Assembly: GCF_033153115.1 (NCBI RefSeq)
Contig: NW_026889803.1
Span: forward strand, 19,530,001 to 19,594,000
Direction: 5' to 3'
Length of the DNA stretch: 64,000 nucleotides
From: Saccostrea echinata
Taxonomy: Eukaryota
The notes under the pieces were generated by a model that worked only from the letters and a program-made list of their open reading frames with translations, had not been told where the DNA came from and ran no database searches. How positions within the stretch are numbered: position 1 is the first letter of the stretch; each line of letters begins with the position of its first letter. Positions 51,196 through 62,400 of this stretch are shown here, piece after piece. The position numbers and the translations under genes are program-made.

Positions 51196-54100
51196 TTACG
51201 CATGGATCTTCCTTTTCATCTTCTTACAAATTATATCACCTGCTACCACAGCCGCTATAAGAATAAGTAAAGCTATTACGATTCCAATGATAATACCAAT
51301 GTTGCTGTTGGACTTTGCAGGGCTGCTGTCAGTGGTAAATGTTGCAAAAAGTAAAAATGTGAAAGTTAGAAAATTTAGATAGAGATAGCATATGTTGACG
51401 TCACTATGCTTTTTACTATTCTCTGTATTTCTTTTTTTTTAACATGTCTTCTTGCTTTTTGAATTTGAGTAATTTAGTTTTCTTTATCATTTTTAACCAT
51501 TCTTTTTAAGCAGATTTTTTTTTGGCACGCCTTAATCAAAGAACTTGAAACCTCATACCTAGGTACGTTTTCATCAAATATCTGTTTTGTAAATTTGGAT
51601 TTCTTCTGCCATGGCAACAGGCTTTAACGTTGTCAAAAGTTGTAAAAAAAAAAAAAAAGTTATTTATAATTCTGCAGAATGGCTTAGTACAAGGACAAAA
51701 AATGTAAATGACCATATAAGAAGGAATGACGTCCTTTAAAGTGGGGATGGAATCTTGTCCCTAGATTTCTGACCAATTTAAATATTTGTTTGCATAACTT
51801 TTCTAAATATCAAAATGTTAGGCAACTTAAAGATTATATTTTCTTTTCTCCTTTAAAGTAAACATCTTGGCACAGAAATGATTAAAAAAAAGTCTTGTAG
51901 CATTAAAAAAAAAAAACTAAATGTAATTCATAAATAGGAATAAAAAACAAATGAAATAAATATTTGAAGTCTTATTTTCGAATCAAACTACAATTTGTTG
52001 GCTTCAGTAAGAGCAGGTTTCATTGAAAAATCAGTGAAGATCTTTCTTTCTCTCTTATTTTTGAGTGAGTATGTTTGCTTTTCTATCATTTTGAATTTCT
52101 ATACGAACTCTTCACCAAGCATATATCAAGAAGACAAGTATAAATATGCATGCATGACGCGTAAAAAGAATTAGCAATATACATTGAAACATTATCACTT
52201 AATGTATTATTGAATCTATGAAAATTTCATTAATTTAATTCAAAATTACAATATCTCATTTTAAGACAATACAAATGAAACAAGAGGATCATGAGCTCAC
52301 CTGAGCACATTGGCTAGGCTAGGAAAATTCATAAATCAGTTCAGCATTGAAAAGTTTACGTTGTTGTTGGGGGGGGGGGGCTTGAATATTACACTACCTG
52401 AGGATGCGTCTATATCAATATAACAATTGGCTTCGCTGTCCTTGGGAAGAAAATTTTAAAAGATTTTTTTTCCTCTATATTCCTTTGAAAAAAAAAGATA
52501 CCCCATTCTGCCCCTTCCCTACCCCCGGGGGGTCATGATTTGAACAAACTTGAATCTACACTACCTAAAGATGCTTCCATATCAATACGACTAAACATGG
52601 CTTTTCTGCTGCTCTTGAGAAGAAGATTTTTTTCCTAAATATTCCTATGTTAAAATTTGATCCCAATATGTGTTATGGGATTATGATTTGAAAAAATCTG
52701 AATCTACACTATCTGAGGGTGCTTCCGTATCAATATGACTATAATCATGGATTTGCTGTTCTTCAGAATATTTCTAAAAGATTTTTTTCCTATACACATG
52801 TACATGTATATTCCTGTGTAAAACTTTGCTCCCCCATTGTGGTCCCCCCTATCCCCATAGGTCATCAATTGAACAAACTTGAATCTATGAATCTACGCTA
52901 TGTAAAGAAGGTTTCCTGTAAGTTTCAACTTTGTTGGCCCAGTGGTTCTTGAGAAGAAGATTTTTAAAATATGCCAAAAAATTTTCACTATTTCTGATTT
53001 ATCTTCCCATGAAAGAGGGTTTGGCCATTCATTTGAACAAACTGGAATTCCCTTCACCCAAGGATGCTTTTTTGCAAGTTTGGTTGATATTGGCCCGGTG
53101 GTTCTGTAAAAAATTACAGACAGACTACAGACCAACTGTGATCAGAAAAGCTCACTTGAGGTTTAAGCTAAGGTGAGTTAAAAAGGACATCAGAGAGATT
53201 TAGATCTTTACAATGGTTGTATACAAGTATTGAAGAAAATATTGAAATAAACAATAACTCTGATTTTATTATTTTTGGCCTCAATCCTTTGTATAAAAGG
53301 GTACACAGTAATAAAAAAAACACATCAAAGATCCTTGATGACAGGATTATTGTTGCATTAAAAAGTAGGAATAAGTTATTAAATTATAACAAATGAATCA
53401 CGATTCGTTTCTAGATGCTAGCCAATAATAAGACGAAATATAAACTTTTAATGGTTTTACTATACCCTCCGCTTTAAGGTGTATTGTATTTGGGGTGTTC
53501 CTCCGTATACCCGTAACACTTGGGATACTCTAGCATGCTAGAGGTGCACGACGATGGCACCTGATTCCACCTCTAATTATATTTTGAGGTCCGTGTCTGT
53601 TCTGCTCCAAATTTGTATCGTTTCACTGGACTTTCGAGATTGAATACTGTTCGTTATCTTCATATTTCACGATATACCGGTACTTTTGACTTGGCGCCGC
53701 ATAGTGGCGAGTGCTAGGTAAGAAAAATATTTCATCTGGCGGCTGCCAAATAATTTTCTGCCGGCCGCCATATAACTGTCTGGCTTACGCCAAATAATTT
53801 TCTGCCGGCCGCAAATATATTTTTGTGGCGACCGCCAGATAACTATTTGGCAACCGCAATATAATTTTCTAACGACCGCCACATAAAATTCTGGCGGCCT
53901 CCAGATAATTATATGGCAACCGCCAGATTAAGCATTTTTTTCTACTTGGCACGTACCGGCTTCCATAGTTTTAACATTCATTAAATGACTTTTATTAAAA
54001 AGCACGGTTTTCCTATCACATGAAGGCACTATCATACATAAATGTCAGAAAAAAATAAAAACAATAATATAAAACTGCATGTGAACTTTCACTTTTTGTT

Positions 54101-57100
54101 TCACTTTTGTAACACTGCAAATTGGCTGTTTTATCTGTAGTCTTTGGTATATATGAAATATGAAGTCTGAATTTACAAATTATTATTCCTAATTGTATTT
54201 ATAAGCAGCAAGACTTTATTCTTAGATAATATTTCATATTTCAGACTACTGACATTGTAGTCATTCATTCCTAACATCCAAAATTATCTAATATCATTTA
54301 TTGAAGAAAGATTTTACATAAAATAAAGTTTGTAAAAAAAAAATCAGATCTGTGATCATATTTGCCATATATCTTAAACAAAAGAGCAAATCCCAATAGA
54401 TGCCTCTTAAAATGTATTATCCTGTAGAAAATATATCATAAAACTTCTTCACATTAATTAAAATCATGAAGTTTAAAATAACGAATAGAATTTGATATAA
54501 AGCCCTACAATTATTATTCAGAAAATGACTGGAATCTACGGCATGTCAAACGTTGCAATATTCGATCTTTTCCATTTGTATTGTATAATTTTCCATTTAT
54601 ATTCTATAATTCTCCATTTATATTCTATAATTTTCCATTTGTATTGTATAATGTTTATTTGTATTCTATAATTTTCCATTTGTATTCTATAATTTTTCAT
54701 TTGTATTGTAAAATTTTTATTTGTATTCTATAATATTTCATTTGTATTGTATATTTTTTCATTTGTATTGTATAATTTTTATTTGCATTGTATAACTTTC
54801 CATTTGTATTCAATAATTTTTCATTTATGTTGTATAATTTTTCATTTGTATTGTATAATTTTTATTTGTATTCTATAATTTTCCATTTGTATTGTATAAT
54901 TTTCCATTTGTATTGTATAAATTTCCATTTGTATTCTATAATTTTACAATACAAATGAGAAATTATACAATACAAATGGAGAATTATACAATACAAATGG
55001 AGAATTATACAATACAAATAAAAATTATACAATACAAATGAAAAATTAAAGAATACAAATTGAAAATTATACAATACAAATAAAAATTATACAATACAAA
55101 TAAAAAATATACAATACAAATAAAAAATTATACAATACAAATGAAGAATTATTGAATACAAATGAAAAATATAGAATACAAATAAAAATTTTACAATGCA
55201 AATGAAAAATTATAGAATACAAATGAAAAATTATAGAATACAAATGGAAACTTTTACAATACAAATGGAAAATTATACAATACAAATAGAAAATTATACA
55301 ATACAAATGGAAAAGATCGAATATTGCAACATTTGACATGCCATAGGAATCAAGGAAGAATGGTGTTCATAACAGTCACCCGACCAAACACTCTTCAGGC
55401 TTGCAGGAGCTTAACCTGCCTGTAATCAAAGGAAACCTTACCGCATTAATAGAAAAGCTATCTCATTAGCAAAGCAGTGAAATTTACATAGAGTCCGCTA
55501 CAATATGAAATGTTAATGCTTTAATGCACATGATCACCCAGAAAGGAACTAACCGCTACCTTAGTTCGCATCTAATACTTACGACAAGTTACTACAACAA
55601 TAAAAGAAATGATGTGAAAAATTTCCGAAACTATTTTCAAATAGGCACAGATTATTAAACAGTGATGTACAAAAAACGCATTCATAAATTATACGCAGCT
55701 CAGAACAACAAAGCATCAATTTAAGCCAGAGGTCCATGGGCCACAAGGCTCACCTGCGTCATTTTGGTCCTATTGTTATGCATAAGATTGTTTTCCCAAT
55801 CTACATGTACATGTATTCCTGTGTAAAAATTTTGATTGTCTTTTGTGGCTCCTTTCTTTACACAGAGGCAGTAAGTTGAACAAAAATGAATCATCTACCT
55901 TACAAGAGAATGCTTCCAGATTAAACTGATTAATAATGACTTTGTTGTTCTTGAGATGAAGATTTTTAAAGATTTCTCCAAATATAATCCCTGTTGTGGC
56001 TCCAACCTAAATGCACGCCGGGGACCATAAGCTGAACATTAATAATCTATATTACTTTAAAAAGCTTCCATTTCTGGTTCTTGAGAAGAATTTTTAAAAG
56101 GTTTTTTTCTTTATATTTCAATGTAAAACTTTGATAAACCATTGTGTACCCACCCTATCCGCAGGGGACATGCTTTGAACAATTTAGAACCTACGCTACC
56201 TTAGGAAGCTTCCCATATATTTCACCTTTTTGGCCCAGTGGTTCTTTTTACTGATCCCTCCCTATTTTTTGTCTTTTCTTGATTATTTCCCCATGGGAGG
56301 GCGTATGGGCTATCATTTTAACCATTTGGAGTCCCTTTCACCCAGGAATGCTTTGTACCAACTTTGGTTAAAATTGGCCTGATGGTTCTTGAGAAGTTGA
56401 AAATGAGAAAAGATTACAGACGGATGGACGGACGCCAGACAACTTGTGACCGAAAAGATCACTTGAGATTTCAGCTGATGTAAGCTAGAAATTTCATTGC
56501 AGTCATACATATCTGATATCGTAGAAAACAAATTTTATTAGTGAGTATTAAATTAATAACTTCCTGTGTCATGTATATAATTGATAATATCTATAAATAA
56601 GAAATAATATGACTATTGTATACAATATTCAAGCTTTTTTAACTATGTAAGCATGTGATCTGCGAATTCCTTTTTCTTTTTCACAATATTTGATATATTA
56701 TCTTTCTCCCGTCGATGATTTTTTTTCAAATCCCAGTCGCCAATATTTCCTCGCAATAATACTTTTTCTGAGTTAACTACACTGTGTTTAATGAAAGTAT
56801 TTTAAATAATTGGTAAGTTATTATAAATCTTCAGAAAAATAATAGTATCCCGTACCATATGGTGTCAAAGTGTATATAGAGCTCCCAGGTGAAAGCACCG
56901 TAGGGTTTTGTCCAGATAGACAACTTCCGCTCTTCTCTACCACCGTTACAGTGGTCCCAGATTGTGTAACCGCCTTTAATTTAATAGATGACTGATTTCA
57001 ATGACCAATTACTGAATTTTTTCCGACGTTGACACAAATAGAAAAAAAAATATTTTTCTTGCATAAATTTGTCTGTTTGAATGGTTGAGCTCTTATGTCT

Positions 57101-57309
57101 ATGGTAATTTTTTTGGTTAAACGTGTAAAACTAAAAATATTTTCAAATAAAAATAATATTTCAGAATGTATCTTTCTGGTTAGGAAGAAAAATACTTACC
57201 ATACAGGTAAAGCGGAAATACGTAATGTCATCAACAGTATCTGGATTCACTACTATCACGTAAGATGTAGACCCTTTTGTCAAATAGAACACACCATAAA
57301 CTTCTCCTT
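51196..57309 (-). CDS. Partial gene for an uncharacterised single-pass membrane protein, possibly degenerate
   Basis: Phase-compatible GT-AG exons 57200-57309 (EGEVYGVFYLTKGSTSYVIVVNPDTVDDITYFRFTCM) and 56856-56973 (AVTQSGTTVTVVEKSGSCLSGQNPTVLSPGSSIYTLTPY). Terminal exon about 51196-51325 (PAKSNSNIGIIIGIVIALLILIAAVVAGDIICKKMKRKIHA*) gives a TM helix and basic stop-transfer. A linking exon and the 5' exons were not found; linkage of the TM exon is assumed. Confidence 0.5.
52278..53184 (-). mobile_element. Helentron-associated non-autonomous element (HINE) with internal satellite-like units of about 150-170 bp
   Basis: AAACAAGAGG…GCTCACCTGAGC at one end and AAAAGCTCACTTGAG…GGTGAGTTAAAA at the other; (CAGA)n tract; repeated TTGAACAAACTTGAATCTACACTACCT units. 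Confidence 0.85.
53553..53670 (+). mobile_element. Penelope-like 3' end fragment
   Basis: ATGGCACCTGATTCCACCTCTAA…GAGGTCCGTGT…GAATACTGTTCGTTATCT matches 47215-47330. Confidence 0.8.
53700..53967. mobile_element. Internally repetitive MITE (about 22-bp TGGCGGCCGCCAGATAAT units)
   Basis: Tandem palindromic units; right end GGCTTCCATA; left end degraded. Confidence 0.55.
54537..55345. mobile_element. Foldback non-autonomous DNA transposon with a 6-bp TSD (IS3EU-like)
   Basis: GGAATC|TACGGCATGTCAAACGTTGCAATATTCGATCTTTTCC … GGAAAAGATCGAATATTGCAACATTTGACATGCCATA|GGAATC. Both arms are arrays of a 22-bp unit TTCCATTTGTATTGTATAATTT that invert at about 54943. Confidence 0.88.
55724..56490 (-). mobile_element. 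HINE element, second copy
   Basis: CAGAGGTCCATGGGCCACAAGGCTCACCTG end, same satellite-like units, (GACG)n tract, AAAAGATCACTTGAG…TCAGCT…AGCTA end. Confidence 0.8.
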
Positions 57310-57659
57310 CTGAAATAATCATCATTTTTATATCGTTGATCATTTAGAATTGTGCAAAGTTGACTGTGAAAAGCAGATTTGGAACACCGTCATTCATATT
57401 AAATATTATATATATAAAAAAAATAGGTATTGACTCTGTTTCTTTTAACAGACTTTCCTCCATCTAAGTTCTCACTAAAATCTAAAAACTAACTTCATCT
57501 TGCATCAAGCAAAATTTAAGTCAGTTCCATGAGCTATGACTTATCGATGCGTATCTGCCTGTCTCAATTAATATTATCTTAATTTCAGATTTATTCCAGA
57601 GAAATTGTATGCATGTACTAGTAACTGTAATTAAGAAATTTCAGAGAGGCTGCTTGTGA

Positions 57660-58025
57660 CGGTACATATTGTCGTTTTGTACATATTGTCGTCGGCGACA
57701 ATATGTACCTACCCTCACTGCACATGTCGTCCATCAGTGCATATTGTCGCCGTTAGAAAAGTAACACATGTACAAATTGTCTCTGGCGACATTATGTGCC
57801 TCACCGTAACTGTACATATTGTCGCCCCACAGATAATGTTGCTTAAAGATTTCTTTTGTTGTTTTTTGATTGTTTTGTGAATGTAATTGGTGTGTGAATC
57901 ACACTGACGTATCTCGTATGCTATTTTATGCAGCGTAATTGTGACGATACATTTCGTCGTTCTGTTCATATTGTCGCCGGCGACAATGTGTACCTACCCT
58001 CACTGCGCTAATGTCGTTCATCAGA
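57660..58025. repeat. CATATTGTCG/CGACAATATG repeat element fragment
   Basis: Palindromes CATATTGTCG(T/C)CGGCGACAAT followed by ACCTACCCTCACTGC occur at about 57682 and 57967. Confidence 0.55.
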
Positions 58026-58111
58026 ACATGTCGCATGGCGCTGCACGGCAATGCTCCATATAAATATGGCCAGAGAAACCAAAAACTTTAAAAATGGTCA
58101 TATACACCTAA

Positions 58112-58180
58112 TTTGATCGCCGAAATATGGCTAAAATATTGCCGACTCGGCGTTAAACAATAATAATCAATCAATCAATC
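58112..58180 (+). mobile_element. 3' tail of a LINE/SINE
   Basis: GCCGAAATATGGCTAAAATATTGCCGACTCGGCGTTAAACAA followed by (CAAT)n. Confidence 0.55.
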
Positions 58181-58189
58181 CATATATAT

Positions 58190-59164
58190 ATATGACTTAT
58201 CATTGCTTTGTTGTTTTTGAGAAGATAATTTTTAAAGAATTTTCCCATATATTCCCCTGTGAAACTTTGATCGCCCATTGTGGCTCCACCCAAGGTCCGG
58301 TTTGATTTGAAGATACTTGAATCTGCACTACCTGATGATGCTTCCATATAAACAACATTAATCACGGACCTACTGCTGTTCTCAGTGGTGGATCAAGAAA
58401 TTTCAGAACGGAGAGGGGGGGGGGGTTGGGCGGCTCAGAATTTTTTATTCAAGCAAAAAAAAAAAATTTAAACAGTCATTTGTATGTAAAGGTGTGTTAC
58501 TGTATATGTTAAGTAAATGATTTCATTATGGAATTTTACCTCTTGACAAAATTGAGAATATATACAAATTAAACCCATAGAATTTACCAAAGCAGAAAAA
58601 AACCAAACCAGAGGGCGGGGGGGGGGGGGGGTGCGCTGGTGCTACATATGTCTGTTTTTTTAAAAGATTTTTAAAGATTTTCTCTATGTATTCCTGTATA
58701 TAAAACTTTGATCACCCATTGTGGCCCAACCCTACCTCTGGAGCCATGATTTGAACAAAATTGATTTTGTTTTTGTTTTTGAATTTTTCATTCGCATGTA
58801 GACGTCACCACATGCCGGTGGAGGGATGCAAATTTAAACCTATACTTGTCACTCAGGGTCATTGAGCAGAGAGGAATCTTTTTCCCGCCAGCACCTCAAA
58901 ATTGAACTTACGCTATGTAAAGAAGCTTTCACATAAGTATCATCTCTTCTGACCCAGTACTTCCTGAAAAAAATGAAAGATTTTTTTCTAAATATTCTAT
59001 GAAAAACTTTGATCACCTATTGTAGCCAGACCCTTCCCCCGAGGGACATGATCTGGATAAAACTGAATCTACACTTTATAAAGAAGCATTCACATAAGTT
59101 TCAGCTTTTCTGACACAGTGGTTCTTGAGAAGATTTTTTTACTTCCCTTAAAAGAAGACATGGC
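58190..59164 (-). mobile_element. HINE element, third copy, interrupted by the Polinton; contains a poly-G MITE (about 58383-58650) and a minus-strand SINE 3' fragment (about 58767-58890)
   Basis: AAAACTTTGATCNCC…TTGTGGC…GAATCTNCACT units. It breaks off at CCCTTAAAAGAAGACATGGC, where copy 1 continues TTGGCCATTCATTTGAAC. The SINE piece is the reverse complement of 47555-47640. Confidence 0.75.
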
Positions 59165-59420
59165 AGTAGTATAAGGAGCCTAGCTGGCCGGGTCAACTGA
59201 GTGCACTTTTGGGCCCCTGGGGGGATGGCCGGGTCAACTGAGTGCAACCCCGGGGTCAAGGTCAGAGATCTGGAAAAACCTGCACGCGCTCAGCACTCAC
59301 CTGGAAAAACCTGCACGCGCTCAGCACTCACCTAAAAAAACCTACCCATTATGACGTCATACACTGTATAAGTATTGCATGTGTCTGACTTGAAGCTCAT
59401 TCTCTTGTCAGTTCCATCAG
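59165..59420 (+). promoter_or_regulatory. Polinton terminal region and putative PolB promoter
   Basis: 21-bp direct repeat TGGCCGGGTCAACTGAGTGCA (59185, 59226); 31-bp tandem repeat CTGGAAAAACCTGCACGCGCTCAGCACTCAC (59270, 59301); CRE palindrome ATGACGTCAT (59351); TATAAG (59367); TCAGTT initiator-like motif (59408). Confidence 0.65.
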
Positions 59421-59428
59421 CTGTCGAC

Positions 59429-62400
59429 ATGGATTCTGCTATGAAAAAACTGTTATATGCCCAGCAACTGATGAGATGGAGAAGACGGGCGAAAGAGTTA
59501 GAAAGAATTATTTACAACAATAAACACAGAGAATTAGCGCTCAGAAAAAGAAATGCCAGAATATTAGAGAGAATGCAGAGAGCCCAAGTCCAACAAGAAC
59601 AACAAAGGACTGTGTCGGATGAAGAACCACACTCATCAGCCCATTCACCACCCCAGAAGCCAAAGGCCATTTCCCAATATTATCAAGTGAGATCGAAACA
59701 AGCCAAGCATTCCAGAAAATTTAAAGCGCATGAAGATGTCTACAGTGTGAATTTTAAGGAATTTCCAGAGGAGGAAAACAGAGGCTTTGTTCGGCGATTA
59801 TTTAGAGACATGCTGCAAAATGTCAAATATCAAATGCAGTGTAATCCTAACGATTACCTACGCCTGAACATACGCCATCCTTCTCTGGATTCCGACATTT
59901 GGTACGAGTTTACGCAATGTAAACATTTAAACGAGGACGTCATTTTAGACAAAATAGAAGCCGTGCAACAATCCAAGAAGGATTTTAAACTGGGAGACGG
60001 GGCCATGGAATTCGACATGTTTCGGGTCAAGTATCCGGAAGGGAGTGGTGGAGACAAAACCAAACATCTGATGGTGAATAAGGGGAGTTTTAAGAAGAGG
60101 AAACAATCCATCGTTCAGATCGACAATCCCTGGGATAAGTTTTGTTTAGCTCGAGCCATCGTAGTCACCCGTTTACACAGTCAAAAACCTGAACATCCAG
60201 ACCCCGAATGGGAAAAACGATGGAAACGCATGAGGTTAGGAGATGTAAGAGCTAATGACCAGAAAAACGAAGCCCTAGCTCTCATGGAACAAGCCGGGTG
60301 TGATATCCATCGGCCTTGTGGACCCGAAGAATGGGGGAAATTACAACAAGTGTTAGCCCCATGCTATCGACTGAAAATATTCCAGTTCAAGTCCACCTCC
60401 TCTAAACTCACCTTAGAACCCATTTACAAAGGCTACGGAGAGGGAACTTATTTGAATGTTCTGTTAGACGACCAGCATTACGATGCCATCATATCTATGC
60501 CTGGTGTGACGGGCAATCAATACTATTGTGATCATTGCGACGTGGGCTACAGGAAAATCACAGACCATCGTACCCAGTGTCCTCACCGATGTTCCTTTTG
60601 TTTAACAGACACGCCCTGCCCTCCAGACGGGAGCCACATTCAATGTAGCCAGTGCCAGAGATTTTTCAGAGCAGAACTTGCTACGAAAACCATTTACAAC
60701 CTCACAGTAAGAATACAGCCACCACGGTATGCAGTTTAATGGGACGATGTGAGCACTGTCACAAATGGATGTCTAAAAATTTACTCCCTCATCATCATTG
60801 CGGAGGACAGAAACAGTGTAAGATCTGTAAGAAAACCGTAGACACGGATCATCAGTGCTACGTTCAACTCAAGCCCGAGAAAAAGAAAAAGAAAGGCAAA
60901 GAGACCTTACAGTTCTACATCTATTTCGATTTCGAATGCACGCAGGAAACCGGCATCCACGTCCCTAACCTGTGTGTGGCACACCGCGTATGTCAACATT
61001 GCGGTCACTTACCCATAGAAGATCCCTGTCCTCACTGTCGACACATGGGACCCCGTCAACACGTGTTCCGAGGGCCAGAGACCTTAAGGCAGTTCATGGA
61101 CTGGTTATTACAACCCACTACAGGAAATAAGAATTCCGCTTTATTACACGACGAGGCCATCATCATCGCCCACAATTTCAAAGGATACGACGGACAGTTC
61201 ATTTTAAATTACCTGGTTCATACCGCCTGCCTGAAACCTACCGTCATCATGAACGGCAGTAAAATCTTATCCATGCAAATCTGCGGACTGAAATTCATCG
61301 ATTCCTATAATTTTTTACCTTTTGCCCTGTCCAAGATGCCCTCTGCTTTCGGATTCACCGAACTGAAGAAAGGATATTTTCCACACTTTTTTAATACGGA
61401 ACACAACCAGAATTACGTGGGGCCTTATCCACCGGCAGCTTACTACAATCCGGACGACATGTCTATTAGTGGACGACAGGCTTTTTATCAATGGTACGAA
61501 CAACAAGCCGGAAAAGTGTTTGACTTCCAGAAGGAATTTTTAGACTATTGTATTTCAGACGTCGATATTTTACGACGATGCTGTGCTCAGTTTAGAGCCA
61601 CCCTCAAGAGCTTGGTCCATGTAGACCCCTTCCAGGAATCCATCACTTTTGCCAGTGCGGCCAATTTAGCTTACCGTCGAGGATTCATGCCCAAAGAGAC
61701 CATTGCCATCATTCCCAACCTGGAGTATCAGCCTGCGCGTCGATATTCCGCCAAAGCCTGTCGGTGGTTAAGCTGGATGAGTCACCAGACCGGATCTCAC
61801 ATCCAACATGCTAGAAACGGGGGAGAAGTCAAGATCGGAAGTTATACCGTCGACGGATACCAGGAAGCCACTCGCACCGTCTACGAATTTTACGGATGCT
61901 ATTGGCACGGATGCCCCACCTGCTATCCGAATTTACAGACCGAAAGTCATCCTCACCGGACCCAATTTACCTATGAACAATTACACGAGGAAACTTTAAG
62001 ACGGAGTTCTGTTTTAGAGGAAATGGGGTACTCCCTCCGTAGCATCTGGGAGCACGAATTCGATCAACAGGTACAAAGAGAGGTAACTCTACAGAATTAT
62101 GTACGAGACCTGGACATTCCAGATCCTTTGAACCCCCGAGACGCCCTGTACGGAGGTCGGACTAATGCCACTAAATTATATTGTGAGGAGGGGGACATGA
62201 GATACGTGGACGTCTGTTCCTTATACCCTTACGTATTAAAACACAGACCTTTCCCCCTAGGCCATCCTCAGATCATAACAGACCAATTCCAGGACGTGAG
62301 AACTTATTTCGGCCTCATTCACTGTCGGGTCCTACCACCCCGAGGCCTCTATCACCCCGTTTTACCTTATCGCACGGGAGGCAAGTTATTGTTTCCCTTA

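Noticed and set aside
51604-51620. RFX X-box-like CTGCCATGGCAAC downstream of RFX4, suggesting autoregulation
   Set aside because: A single imperfect hit in repeat-like sequence; similar motifs occur inside other elements (for example near 29619).
54560-55320. CRISPR-like array, or the ORFs at 54862-55074 and 55067-55339
   Set aside because: Tandem 22-bp units without unique spacers inside a foldback transposon; the ORFs are translations of the repeat.
59375-59428. TTG-initiated N-terminal extension of the Polinton ORF
   Set aside because: It overlaps the putative TATA/initiator region; ATG 59429 is the more plausible start.
59854-61999. Small ORFs overlapping PolB (59854-60111, 61315-61506, 61808-61999)
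   Set aside because: Antisense or off-frame shadows of the polymerase gene with no motifs.
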